The notes beneath the pieces were generated by a model. It was not told the origin of the DNA. It saw only the letters and a program-made list of their open reading frames with translations, and did not search any database. From Raja brachyura (taxonomy: Eukaryota): a stretch of 64,000 nt of DNA. The DNA lies in NCBI GenBank assembly GCA_963514005.1, contig OY740790.1:20212001-20276000 (forward strand), in the 5' to 3' direction. How positions within the stretch are numbered: position 1 is the first letter of the stretch; the number at the start of each line of letters is the position of its first letter. The translations under genes were made by a program, and so were the position numbers. Positions 50,608 to 63,432 of this stretch are shown piece by piece.

Positions 50608-51400
50608 ATCAAGAGTATTTAATTGTCATATGCACAATGAAACAATGAGATTCTTACTTCATGCAGCTTAGCGGGTACAATAATGCACCAACACAACAAA
50701 CTATACAATATTCATCAGTAATACTAGTTAACCAGACCACAATAGTGCAACCTGAACTACATAGTGCAACCTAAACAAAGTGCATAGAAGGTGAGATGTT
50801 GCAGGGTTGTGTAGCGTGGTTCAAGAGCCTGGCGGTTGATGGGAAGAAGCTGTTTACACCTGGAGGTGAAGATTCTCAGGCTCCTGTACCACCTTGCTGG
50901 TGGCAGCAGTGAGATGAGAGCATGGTCAGGGTGGTGTGGATCTTTGATATCTGCAATTTTGAGCCAAAGATTCCTGTAGATCCCTTTGACTGATTGAGGG
51001 GAGGTCAGTACCCATGATGAACCAGGCATCGCCCACCATCTTCTGCAGCCATTTTTGTTCTTGGACATTTGAGTTACTGAACCAGACCACGATGCAAACA
51101 GTCGTATGCTCCCTACTGTACACCTGTATAAGTTTGATAGACACAAAAGCTGGCATAACCTAGCGGGACAGGCAGCATCTCCAGAGAGAAGGAATGGGTA
51201 ACGTTTCGGGTCGAGACCCTTCTTCAGACTGAAGTTTGATAAAGCATTGGGCGGCATCTAAATCTTCTTCATCTTCTATGGAAGCAGAGGTGTTGAATTT
51301 ATTGTGATTGCATCTGTGTACTGGGCCCAGGACAGATCTTCAGAAATACGCGTGCCCAGGAACTTGATCCTCTCCACTGCCATCCCGTTGATGAAGACAT
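50608..51400 (-). mobile_element. Old Rex/Babar 3' fragment interrupted by a Penelope repeat
   Basis: SNLYRCTVGSI...IKDPHHPDHALISLLPPARWYRSLR. Confidence 0.75.
51140..51231 (-). mobile_element. Penelope-derived insertion with hammerhead core and 10-bp TSD
   Basis: TSD aagtttgata at 51130-51139 and 51232-51241; minus strand reads cagt-CTGAAGAAGGGTCTCGACCCGAAACGTT-acc. Confidence 0.8.
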
Positions 51401-51971
51401 GATCGGTTTGAGAGTTATCACCTACCTACAAAAGGCAAAAATATTTAAGGGGAAAAGAATTGCATTTATATAGTACACAAATACCAATTTATTTCAAAGC
51501 AGTGTTAGCCAATTATGTACTTCTGCAGTTGTATTATTGCAGTATAGGAGAACATTTACCCCTCTGATTAATGCTGAAGAATTCCCCGCATTCTCCGAAA
51601 CGGGCAGATGGGGCCTTGGCTTAACATTTTATCCAGAATATGACAGTGCCCAAAGTACAGGAGTCATTCTGCACTCTGGTGGTCTGTCCACCTAGCTTAT
51701 ATCTCAGTGCAGCGAACATGGTGGGAAACGAGTTAGGGAAGAGGTCATGTATGAGGACAACAGTGGGAGGAGGAAGGGGTAAAGATGTCACATGCAGGGT
51801 TACTATGTTTGTTTTCAGCTTCTGTAGGGGATGGGAATAATGTGCCAAGGACAGGTTGTCCGTGCGTGGAACATGCGCGTGCGAATGGGGCAAGGTTTCA
51901 GTCATGATCTTATTCCATCAGTGCAGAGGGAGTTTATTGAAGGAAAATGTGTGTTCTTTTTTAATGTTAAA

Positions 51972-52519
51972 CTAGACTAAGTAGGACCCGTTGGTTACCA
52001 GTCATACGGGAGGTCCGTTCCCCCAATGCAATCCGTTCCCCAACGCAATATTCCACCACTCACCCATAGCCCCTCACTGCGCAGGCGCGGCTCATTTCCC
52101 CTCATCCCCCAGCGCTCCCTCCCCCTCCTCTTCATGTGTGGGAGGGGAGGAGCGAAAGAAAGGGGGTGTGGGGTGGGAAGGGATAGGGGAGTGGGGGTGT
52201 GTGTGGGCATGGGGGTATAGAAGGAGGAGAGAGCATGGTGTGGGAGGAGGATGGTATGTGGCGTGTTGAGGGGGGGGGGGGAGGTGTGTGCACATTCTAC
52301 CTGTCACCGCGTAGCTTTTCTCCAGGTGCTCCGGTTTCCTCCTGCACTCCAAAGACGTACAGGTTGGTAGGTTAATTGGCTTCGATAAAAATTGTAAGTT
52401 GTCCCCAGCATGTAGGATAGTGCTAGTGTACGGGATGATCGCTTGTTTGGCGTGGACCCAGTGAGCCGTAAGGTCCGTTTCCGTATTGTATCTCTAAAGT
52501 ATAAAGTAAAGTCTAAAGA
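51972..52519 (-). mobile_element. Non-autonomous Helitron containing the 3' half of a V-SINE (52290-52519)
   Basis: Plus-strand a|ctagactaagtaggacccgttggttacc is the reverse complement of a degenerate Helitron hairpin+CTAG end as at 45813-45840. The other end ...ctaaaGA|t gives 5' TC and an A|T target. Confidence 0.6.
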
Positions 52520-53499
52520 TTGTGCCAGTGTGATGGGTGGGGAGGAAAGCAGTGGAGAGACGGAATAAAAGATTCCCCACTGCACCGAATAATACTCTTA
52601 GGTTTCAGAATGCGGGACTGTAGCTGTGGTTATATCAGGTCAATTATCATATTGTGCATGAGGTGTTGGCAACGCCAAGTATTCCATGTAAACTTTCCTC
52701 AAATGTATGCCAGCAGGTGAGTGGTAACTAAACATTGTGTAAAAATAATCCATTCGGCCCCTCGTACCTGCTCTGCCATTCAATAAGGTATTGGCTGACC
52801 TTTTACCCCAGTGCTTTCCTAGTTAATGCCACATCTTTTGATCTGCTGAATGCCTGAGATCATGCCAAATTTCAGAGCAGCGTGCAGTGTTCCTCTAAAA
52901 GGACAGGGATCTGCTCCAAAAGAAGCTGGCCTCAGGCTCCATATCTACAATTAATTCTTTAATATATCCAGCTCCCACGGCTAAATTCCAGAGATTTACT
53001 AACTTTCTACAAATCTTGATCCTGGATGACCTTCCTCGTAATTAGATTATGACCCCGAGATCCAGACATCACAACTGACATTGGAGATGTTTTTTTGCTG
53101 TTTTCTTCTTCCTGTCCTTTCCAGGAGCAGGAATAATGGGCAACATTTTTTCTCCCCTTGTGGAAAGACTTGCTAAGAGCAGAGAAGGTTAAATGGAGAT
53201 TTACCGGAGATGTCCAAAATTATGTGGAATTACAATGGAGTTGCAGTTGAAATTGTTTTTCCACTGGCTGGAGAGTTGTTAACCAGGTGATTCAGGTTTA
53301 AGATAATTTGCAAAAGAACCAGGCAATACAATGGAAGGGAATATTTTAAGGAATGAGTTTAGGTAAACTTGAACACATGGCTTGGATGATGAAAATACTC
53401 AAAATGGAACACTGTTTGGAAATGTGTAATGTCTTTCAATCGGCCTGCAAGCCGTGAAGGGCTGAACGGCCTCCTTCAGTGACGTGTGTAACCTGAGGA

Positions 53500-54200
53500 C
53501 AACCACTGGACTGACTGCCTGAGTTGCTGCCAAATTGTGGAGCGACGTGCAGTGTTCGTCCAAAATGTACACAAAGCAGTTCCAAAAGAGGATGGCTTAC
53601 AGCTCCATGTCTACAATGCTTCAACATCTAACCTTGCCAGCAAGAAAGAACACAGCCAAAAGTTGGAACTGCTGTGTTTGTGTCCTTTCCCTGATGTCCC
53701 AACATTTCCGACGAACATGAGAAGCAGGAGTAGGTTAATTCACCCTCCAATTAACCTCTCCAGTTGGCCCCTCCAGCCTGCAGCCTGCACAACTGTGGGG
53801 ACACTGGTAACCCGGCATGCCAGTCCAGGGGGTTAGTGAGCAGTGCTCTTCCTTTACAACGTTCTTTGCTGGGTAAACGATGCTCATCAGCCCTGGGTTC
53901 TCGGCCAACCCCTTTGGCCGTCTCACATCTTTGTAAAACATGGGGACGTTTCCAGCAGGGGCCTACCGAGGAGGTACGGCTCACTGCATGCTAGACGTGT
54001 GGTCAGCCACAATTACGCGTGGTCTACGACCTCTGGCCGCAGAACTGTGGCCCTCAAACATCGAGCGGACTGGACACACCATTGTCTGTTCATCGCTGAC
54101 GTGAGTGAGTAACCACTCCCGCCAGAGAATGGCCAACCCCGCCAATGGGCAATCTCTTATTCCGCAGCTACAGCCTCTAGTTTTAGGGCGAGCATCTCTC
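53500..54200 (+). mobile_element. Highly degenerate Tx1/L1-clade ORF2 remnant
   Basis: LTLPARKNTAKSWNC..VLSLMSQHFRRT and RGLPRRYGSLHARRVV...RTVA...HCLFIADV resemble Tx1 C-terminal segments. Confidence 0.4.
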
Positions 54201-55629
54201 AACAATCACCCTGTGAACCAAGACTTCCAATTACTTGAAGTTCAAAAATATACTACAAGTCCCATTCTGAAACGTGGTTAAATCAGCACATGTATTTTGC
54301 ATCAGAAGTCACTGGATACCAGTCTCAAGCAGATCCCTCACTTGGTTCAAGTTTTTAGGAGTCCAGCTGAGATCAGCCATCTCAGTATAAACCAAAGACC
54401 CTATAGTGGAGCTATAGGATCTTTGGTACAGACTGGGCATTAACTCTGGTGCTCAATTCCACACATTTAAACCCATTAGGGGAGATTAATGGTAGCATTC
54501 TTACCACATATTGATTTTTAATGCGTTTGATTCTTTCTCTTCCTCAGTACTAAAACCTAGCATTTTCTGACATTTAAATGTACATATTTTCATGCATATT
54601 TGTATGGTGCATCATATTAATTCCCTCAAATTCAACAAGTAAACTATAGTTATCTGTGGAAGGTTGTGGTTGCATCAACATATGTGTGTAATTTACCTGA
54701 GGGAACTCTTCTGTAAACTGGTTTGGATTTATTGGAAGAATATTGGCTGTGAACTTAATGGCAAATAATCAGTGCCAGACGCACTCCCCATGAGCGGGAG
54801 AGCTGACTGGTGCCAGCAGAAGATGACGTAATTTCCATTTTGTCAAGGATGTCACAGGACATTAGTGACTCATGGATGTGTGTTAATACCAAGCATATAA
54901 AACGTACCCTGTGGAATTACCAATATGCCATCCACAATATTGGAGTCCAAGAAATTTGTCTTAAAATCCACTTCTTGAAAGGGCTTAATGGAAATATTGG
55001 AAAGATTAAAGTTAGTTATGCGGGGTGCCTGCACTGTTTCTTTGCTGGTCAGACTGAGAACACTGTCAGCATGAATCATTCTCTCAAAATTAACTTATTC
55101 TGCATGAAGTAACTTTCTGCAGTACTTTAGCAGCTGAATCAGAGGCAGTCTGTATCCCATCATCAAATTTAGTATTCAGCGTTTTGAATTGTTCTATTTT
55201 CTGTGTTTTTTTGCATTTGTTTGAGTTTTTGTGTTTGTTGAAAGGTGGTGAGCTTATCCGGACAGTGAAGGGAAACTTGCAATTTAAGCGTTGGATGCTT
55301 TGAAGACCAGTGGATAGCCAGTAGACTAACAGACGGTTATCTGTGATCTGAATGTATCTGCTCCAGCCCAGCAAACCGTGTTGCAATGTGCTTCGGCTTT
55401 AACTTGTGGACTTTGTGCTTAACTTGTGCTTTGGACTGCATCACACTGATGTCACACCACTTAGCACATCAGCCATTTTGTGGTCCCCTCTGTCTGCTGA
55501 GATGTAATTGGTTATTCTGACCTGTTTCTCTGCGTAAGGCCCATTGAAACATGGAGTGACGCTACCTAACACAGCTGCACAAAGAACCTATAGACAATCT
55601 GGGAAATTGCTAATGGTCCAAGTTAAATC

Positions 55630-56295
55630 ATTGTTTTTGAGCCATGTAGCAGTGAAACAGGCTCTTCAGCCAACCACCACGTGCCCATTTATACTAATCC
55701 AATCTCCCACCACATGGTCATAGTATTCTACGTATCATCAATCCAAGTTCTTATCAAAGTCCCACTGTTGTGACAGTGCCTGATCCATCACCTACAGAGG
55801 AAGCCCCTTCCATGTTCCAGTCAACCTATAGGTGAAAAACTTTTCCTCAGATTCCATCTTAAACCTCCTACCCCATAGTTTTAAATTATGCCCTCTGAAT
55901 TTATATGCCTTTGCTATGGGGAAAAATTTCTTATTATCTGCCCGGTATTTTGCCCGCTCAATTTTGTACACCTCAGTCAGGTTCATCATGGTGGATCTCC
56001 TCTGCACCCTCTCCAATGCAATCACATCCTTATAGTGAGGTGACTAGAACTGCACACAGTATTCCAGCTGTGGCCTAACCAATGGTTTAGGGTCCGAGAG
56101 TGACACAGCGTGGAAACATGTTTTCAGCCCAACTTGCCCACACTGGCCAACATGTCCCAGCTACACTAGTCCCACCTGCCCGCGCTTGGCCCATATCCCT
56201 TCAAACCTGCATTAATCCATGTACCTGTCTAATTGTTTCTTAAACATTAGGATAGTCACTGCCTCAACTACCTCCTCTGGCAGCTTGTTCCATAT
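55630..56295 (-). mobile_element. Two CR1 3' fragments
   Basis: IALERVQRRST...RGHNLKL...FFTYRL; second tail at 56095-56295. Confidence 0.7.
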
Positions 56296-56487
56296 ATAAA
56301 TTTATATATAGAAGTTTAGTTGTTTTTATAGAAATAGATACAAAGTGCTGGAGTAACTCAATGGATCAGGCAGCATCTGAAGAGAAGAAGAATGGGTGAT
56401 GTTTCAGGTCAGGACACTTCTTCAGACTCCGACCCGAAACGTCACCCATCCTTTTTCTCTAGAGATGTTGCCTAACCCACTAAGTAA

Positions 56488-57131
56488 AGGGCCTGTACAA
56501 CTTGGCCGTCATTTGCGCGCCATTTACGCGACCTGGTAGCGTGTGGGTAGCGCGGAATGGGCGCATTGGAGTGGCGTGGAGGAGTGTGAAGTTGAGCGCG
56601 ATATCGCGCAGAGCTCCAGGATTTTGTTCTGAACTAAATCTTCGCACGCCACCGGCCTGTCGCGTAAATGATGGCCAAGTGGGACACCCTGGCGCAGCGC
56701 AACGTCTCGCCTCCAACAGCAGCAGAAGCAGGCAAGCGATCGCCGAGCTCGGCCTGGGGCTCACGGTCGTTGCGGATCCGGATCCGCCCACACTCCTACT
56801 CCCAGAGCGGGGCCAAGACGATTGGAGATAGACACAAAATGCAGGAGTAACTCAACGGGACCGGCAGCATCTCTGGAGAGAAGCAATGGGTGACGTTTCG
56901 GGTCGAGACCCTTCTTCAGTCTGAAGAAGGGTCTCGACCCGAAACATCACCCATTCCTTCTCTCCAGAGATGCTGCCAGAGATGCTGCCAGTCCCGCTGA
57001 GTTACTCCTGCATTTTGTGTCTATCTTCAAATGACGTCACGCGCTCCAGACGGCTGTGCGGACGCATGATGACGCGTGCGACAGTCACTACTGGCCTGTC
57101 GCGTAAAAGACGGCCAAGTGGTATAGGCCCT
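56488..57131. mobile_element. PIF/Harbinger-type MITE (compound, internal right TIR at ~56653-56690)
   Basis: agggcctgtacaacttggccgtc / gacggccaagtggtataggccct; flanks taa/tta. Confidence 0.7.
56892..56948. ncRNA. Two divergent minimal hammerhead-ribozyme cores in a Penelope foldback (56827-57029)
   Basis: Minus 56919-56892: CUGAAGA-A-GGGUCUCGACCC-GAAACGUC. Plus 56921-56948: the same core ending GAAACAUC. Confidence 0.65.
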
Positions 57132-57227
57132 TTACTCCTGCAATTTGTGTCTATCTTCAGTATAAACCAGCGTTTCCAGTTCCTTTCTACACACAATGGT
57201 TTATAAAGTTGTACCACACTCCCCAAT

Positions 57228-57482
57228 CTTAGTTTGGTTTAGCGATACAGCGTAGAGACAGGCGCTTCAGCCCATGCTGACCAACGATCACCTGCACACC
57301 TGTTCTATGTTATCCCAGTTTTGCATCCTACACACGAGGGGCAATTTACTGAAGCCAATTAACCTGCAAACCTGCAATGTGTGATGAAACCGGAGCACCA
57401 GCCAAAAAGCTACATGGTCACAGGGAGAGCGTACAAGCTCTGTACAGACAACACCCATAGTCAGAATCAAACCCAGGTCTCA
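57228..57482 (-). mobile_element. V-SINE (head truncated)
   Basis: Reverse complement of the family with ttagtttggtttag tail. Confidence 0.75.
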
Positions 57483-58096
57483 GCACCACAGTTGCATGTC
57501 CCAGATAATGATGCTCATTATCCCATAAGCCTCTTCACCACCAGCCCAGCTGTCATGGATAAAATGTTGCGTGGCCTCTTTCTCTGCACTTTGCATGAAT
57601 GTTGAGAGCGACGTGCATAATTGGATACAGATTTACAGGGACCACCAACCTTTTCCAGGTGGTCATTTGCCTGGTGCCAACCTAACCAGGGAATGCAGTG
57701 TGTTTATATGACTGCAAGGTGGGCACCACACATCAGCCTCTTCCTGTTCTCCACCAGTCTTGGCCCACAGGCATTTTAAGTGGAACTTGCTGTTTAGGAG
57801 TCAGGAACAAAATGTGTTGATTTTTCTTTCTCAACCACTTCCTTTTCAAAGGTATGTTGTGAGCACTTTGGAAATCGGCTAACTTAGCTCAGCTATTTTG
57901 GGAAGGTATACTCACGGCCATTGAGGAAATATGAAGTCATGCAACATGGAATCAGCCCCTTTGGCCCTCTGCCAGACAACAAGCATCTACTTCCCACATT
58001 CGCATCAACTCAACTTCCCACCCACCCTGATTCTCGTGCCGCCTCTTACAATACAGGTTATTTACGGTGCCAATTAATCAACCAACTCGCCCATCT

Positions 58097-58232
58097 TTGT
58101 GTAGGAAGGAACTGCAGATGCTGGTTTACCCCGAAGATAGACACAAAATACTGGAGTAAATCAGCAGGACAGGCAGCATCGTTGGAGAGATAAATGGGTG
58201 ACGTTTCGGGTGGAGACACTTCTTCAGACTCA
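58097..58232 (-). mobile_element. Penelope-derived short repeat
   Basis: tgtgtaggaaggaactgcagatgctgg...gtgacgtttcgggtggagacacttcttcagact. Confidence 0.8.
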
Positions 58233-58495
58233 ACTTTGGTTTTGTTGGATGCAACAAGAGAAAATAGAGGAATGACATTCAGTAATTACTTCCCATGCAT
58301 TACATGAAGTTCCCCGGCTGATTCCTGCAGGGAAACATTTTATTTGAAGGCTATGTTTACATGTTAAACTCTGACATTGTGAGTGCATAAGCGACTAATC
58401 CAGACAAAGTCGCAGTTTTGATCTCAGATCTGTTGTGATAAGATTGTGAAGCAGTATGACCCAGTTCACATCGCCCCTTCGAGAGAAGGAAATTA

Positions 58496-59446
58496 AGTCA
58501 AGAGTCAAGAGAGTTTATTGCCATGTGTCCCAGATAGGACAATGACATTCTTGCTTGCTGCAGCACTACAGAATATAGTAAGCATAAATACACAACAGTT
58601 CAGTGTGTCTATATACCATATATATGCACATAAATAAAGAGATAAAGTGCAATAGGCTGTGATAGTTCGGAGTTTGTTTGATGGCGCGTTTAATAGCTTG
58701 ATGGCTGTGGGGAAGAGCTGTTCCTGAACCTGGATGTACCAGATTTCAGGCTCCTGTACCTTCTACCTGATGGCAACGGAGAGATGAGTGCATGGCCAGA
58801 ATGGTGTGGATCCTTGATGATGCTGGCTGCCTTTTTGAGGCAGCGACTGCGAAAGATTCCTTCGATGGTGGGGAGGTCAGTGCTGATGATGGACTGGGCA
58901 GTGGTCACAACTTTCTGCATTCTTTTCCGCTCCTGGACACTCAAGTTGCCAAACCAAGCCACGATGCAACCAGTGAGCATGCTCTCTACTGTGCACCTGT
59001 AGTAGTTCGAGAGAGTCCTCTTTGACATACCAACTCACCGTAATCTTCTCAGGAAGTAGAGGCGTTGATGTGCTTTCTTTATAATTGCATCAATGTGCTG
59101 GGACCAGGTAAGATCTTCGAAAATATGCACGGCCAGGAATTTGAATATCTTGACCCTTTGCACCAACGTCCCGTTGATATAAACAGGATTGTGGGTCCCT
59201 ATCTTACCCCTTCCAAAGTCCACAATCAGTTCCTTGGTTTTGCTGGTGTTGAGAGCCAGGTTATTGTGCTGGCACCATTTGGTCAATCAGTCGATCTCAC
59301 TTCTATACTCTGACTCATCACCATCAGTGATTTGTCCCACAACAGAGGTGTCGTCGGCGAACTTGATGATGGAGTTCACACTATGTCCGGCTACACAGTC
59401 ATGAGTATAGAGTGAGTACAGCAGGGGGCTGAGCATGCAGCCTTGA
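58496..59446 (-). mobile_element. Rex/Babar 3' fragment
   Basis: [49 protein letters not shown]; (tcaagag)n tail; same family as 646-2596. Confidence 0.9.
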
Positions 59447-59859
59447 GCTTCCCCTCACTTCAGATCTTGCAGGAAATTAATGTGTACTCTTCCGATGATG
59501 AGGGGATTGGACCTGGCTGTTTCTCCATATCTTCATTTGGTTTACTCACATTCTTTTGCTAAGGCTCATACGTTTAACATTGGAACTGTATGCTGTTATC
59601 TCAGCCTTGAGCCTTAGCCTGAAGGATCACGACCCATAACGTCCCATATCCATGTCTTCCAGTGATGCAGCCTGACCCGCTGATTTATTCCAATGCATTG
59701 TTTTTTTATAAACCTGCATTATTCCCTTAATATGTAAATGGCGCGATTGTAATCATGTATTGGCTTTCCGCTGACTGGATAGCACGGAACAAAACCTTTC
59801 CATTGTACCTTGGTACACGTGACAATAAACTAAACTAATTATCTGCAGTTCCTTGTGCC

Positions 59860-60985
59860 CACAAGATTGTGACCATCTCAACTCTACTACTCAGTACTAA
59901 TTACAAAGGCATGCAAGCTAAATGCCCTGAATCCACTGATATCACCATTTTCAGGGAGCTATGAACTTGCCTCCCATGTCCCCTCTGTACATCAATGCTT
60001 CTATGGTCGATGCCGCTTACTGCATATGTCTAGAGACTATTAGATAATCTAAAATGCATTACCTCACACCAGTGTGGATTAAATTCCATCTGGTACTGCT
60101 CCACTGCACTTTCCATCTCGGGCAACCATCCTTGCTATCTACAACTATGCAAACTTTGGTGTCTTCAACTAACTTAATTATCAATTTACTTACTTGACAA
60201 ACATTCTCATCCAAACAACAATGGTTCCAGCACCAGTCGCTTTGATACATAACTGATTATTTGATACATAACAATTTTCTTGGTAACCTCCTCAAAAAAC
60301 TCGATCTGATTTGTGAGGCAGAATTCCCCATGCACAAAACTATGTTGACTCGCTTTTAATTGGTCCCTGCCTTTCCAAGCGATCATAAATCCTTCCTATA
60401 AGAAATGTTTCCAATAGTTTATCTACTACTCATTTAAGACTCACTTGGCAATAGTTTTCTGGCTTGTGCCTACTCCCTTGCATATGGGAACAACTTTAGC
60501 TCGCACCCAATGTTACCTCACTCTTGGCTAAAGATAATGCAAAAATCTTCGCCAGAGCCCCAACAATCTCCCCCATTGCTTTCTATTACGCCCTGGAACA
60601 GATTTCATCAGGCCGTGGGGCATGTCCATCGTAATGTGTGTCAATATCTCTATAACATTTCCTCTTTTCTGACACACAGATGTTCTGTACTAACGGTGTA
60701 AATCTCTCCTAAGTCTCATCCTCCCAGGAGTGAGTTTGAAGAAGGGTCCCAACCTGGGACATCGTCAGTCCATTTCCTTCCACAGCTGCTTCCCTGATCC
60801 ACTGAGTTCCTCCAGCAGTCTGTTTTTTGTTCAAGATTCCAGCATCTGCAGTCTCTTGTGTCTCCATTCATACAGGACATCATATGGGACACCACATGTA
60901 CTACATGGTTCCACACAACAACTTCACATTTAGTCCTTGAGGGGACCTACACTTTCCCTAGCTACCCTCTTGCTTCTAATATAGA
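59860..60985 (-). mobile_element. Old CR1 RT fragments with a Penelope repeat inserted at ~60733-60865
   Basis: IKLVEDTKVCIVVDSKDGC (KFADDTK-like); minus-strand aactattgccaagtgagtctt resembles the NYRPVSL coding region. Confidence 0.6.
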
Positions 60986-61768
60986 GTCCAAGATACATAC
61001 AGCGTGGAAACAGGCCCTTTGGCCCAACTTGCCCACACCGGCCAACACGTTCAATATGTTTATTGAAAAATATTGGAATTCTGTTTAATTCTATAGGCCA
61101 GGGCTATCTCATGTCCTCTTTCTTTCCTAAAATGTCGCTTATATCCTCAATAAACCTCAGAGGGATTACTTGATAACAATTCCACGTTGTTCTCATGAAC
61201 TTTCCTCCCTTTTCTGATCAGACCTTCAGTTTCCTTTGTTCACCAAGGTTCCCTAATCTTAACTTGAATAATGTACTATTCCGATTTAGTGCTTGAATTA
61301 GTACTTTTGGCCATATTGTAAATGCATTTGAACATATGGAGCAGTGTTTTTTTTTAATGGATCACGGTTAAACAATTTATCTCAATAAGTTAAGTAGTAA
61401 TTTGAAAAATATTTTAGCTGAACTTATACATTGCATTTGAAGACATTTTCCTGTGGGTGGATGAAGTAAGAGAACAAATATTAATGGTTTGAGACCAAAA
61501 ATAAAAAGAACTAAGACTGCAAGTTTCCTTCAAGCTGCTTATTCTTGGCAGGCTTTCCACCATATTACTGGTGCAGTAATTGGTGGAATGAGAGCAGTTC
61601 CGGTATTTTTGCGGTCGGGATGTTGGCAATGAAACAGAGCTGATCTAAAATTGTAACCAAGAGTGAGGCAAAAGGTTAGGACCCATTCTTCTGCAGATTT
61701 CATATTCTGGTCAAGACATCCAAGAAGGAATATGACCCTCACTGGTTTAGGGGAAAGGACAAGACCGT

Positions 61769-62062
61769 GGGCGGCACAGTGGCACAGCGGTAGAGTTGGT
61801 GTCCCACGGCACCAAAGACCCGGGTTCGATCCTGAGCACAGGTGCTGTCTGCATGGAGTTTGTACATTGTCCCCGAGACCGCGTGGGTTTTCCCTGGGTG
61901 CACCAATTTTATCCCACACGCCAAAGACATACAGGTTCATAGGTTAATTTGGCTTTTGTAAATTGTCCCTGGCGTGTAGGATGGTGCAGTATGGGGATCG
62001 CTGGTCGGTACGCACTTGGTGGGCAGAAGAGCCAGTTTCCGTGCTATATCTCTAAACGAAAC
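61769..62062 (+). mobile_element. V-SINE
   Basis: gggcggcacagtggcacagcggtagag...gacccgggttcgatcctg...ctctaaac. Confidence 0.85.
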
Positions 62063-62719
62063 CAATTTTTTACAGAGGGACTGATCCCTTTGCTTATCCT
62101 CACAAAATGTAAAACTAATTTTTTTTTTTTTAACTGCCGGAAAATAATTTAATAAATGATAGTCAACACTACATAACATTTTGTTATAACCACCGCATTA
62201 CGTTATTGAATTGACATCCCAAAAAAATGGGGAACATAGGAATCAGAGCAGCCAATTAAATCCTCTGGGTGCATTCAGTCTTTCAATAAGATCTTGGCTT
62301 TCCTATTGTACATCCTAACTTACTCCTCCAGTTTTGGTCCAATTTTCTTAATAGTTTCCGATATGGAGCAGTTTCACAATTACCACCCGTACTGTATTAT
62401 AGCTTCAGTTGCAGCTTCCATCTGCTTTACTTTGCTTTAACCTACAATGAATTTGCTTCTTAGTTTGAAAGCTAAGTGCGCCTCACCTGAAGTATTTTGG
62501 CTTCAGGGAGAAAAAAATCTATTGATTGCAAATTTAATGTTCTGTAATGTTGTGCTAGCATCTGCAGTTTTCTGTAGGTGAATTTCACACTTCTTTGTGG
62601 ATAAAAATACTTCCTGACTAATCTCTAATCTCGTTTGTCCAAGATTCCCCATTAAGGTAAATATCCTCTCTGCCGATCCCATGAAAATCCTGAAAACCTC
62701 AATCAATGGATGGTTTCTT

Positions 62720-62975
62720 CCCTGCTGCTATCAGGCAACTGAAATATCCTGTCACCAACTAGACATTGGTCCTGAGCTACCATCTATCTTGGAGACGCTC
62801 GAACTATCTTTAATCAAACTTTACTGGACTTTATCTTGCACTAAACATTATTTCCGTTGTAGTGTGGACGGCTTGATTGTAATCGTGTATAGTCTTTCTG
62901 CTGACTGGAAAGCTCGCAACAAAAAACTTTTCACTGTAGTTTGGTACACGTGATACTAAACTAAACTAAGCTAAA
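62720..62975 (+). mobile_element. Rex/Babar-type 3' end
   Basis: tttcttccctgctgctatcagg...ttttcactgtag..ggtacacgtga..(ctaaa)n. Confidence 0.65.
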
Positions 62976-63432
62976 TTCAACTATTCTCCCCCGGATTCCA
63001 ATGAATCTGTGTGGACAAGACCAATGATTGAAACTCTTAGGAGGTCTCGAGTAAAATGGTACCTTTACAGGATATGCGATGGATCTGTCATTCCTGACGT
63101 GCATATCCTGGCAGGGATTGCAACTTTGTCACAGACTGGTGCAATTCACAGATAATATTAGATTTCAGGGTTGAGGTGGAGAGGCAGCAGGCAGACTGCA
63201 GGCTCAGTTGAGATGACAAGAATTTTATAAAAGGAGCTCACCTTTTGGCTAGTTAATGGCAATTATAATCCGAAGCAAAAACGTGCTAGTCATTGCTTCG
63301 CAGTGGGAAGTCACACTCTTACAGCTGCCCATGCAGATTAGAAACAGTGACATGTCAACTAATATCTCCGACCACTTGGCATGGTCCATCCCAATTCTGG
63401 ACACCAGTGCTGTTGGATTCACATTCCCAGAA

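Larger units (their letters stand above)
56333..57193. mobile_element. Palindromic Penelope repeat split by a Harbinger MITE
   Basis: Arm ...cccactaag|[insert]|ttactcctgcaatttgtgtctatcttc resumes after 57131. Confidence 0.75.
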
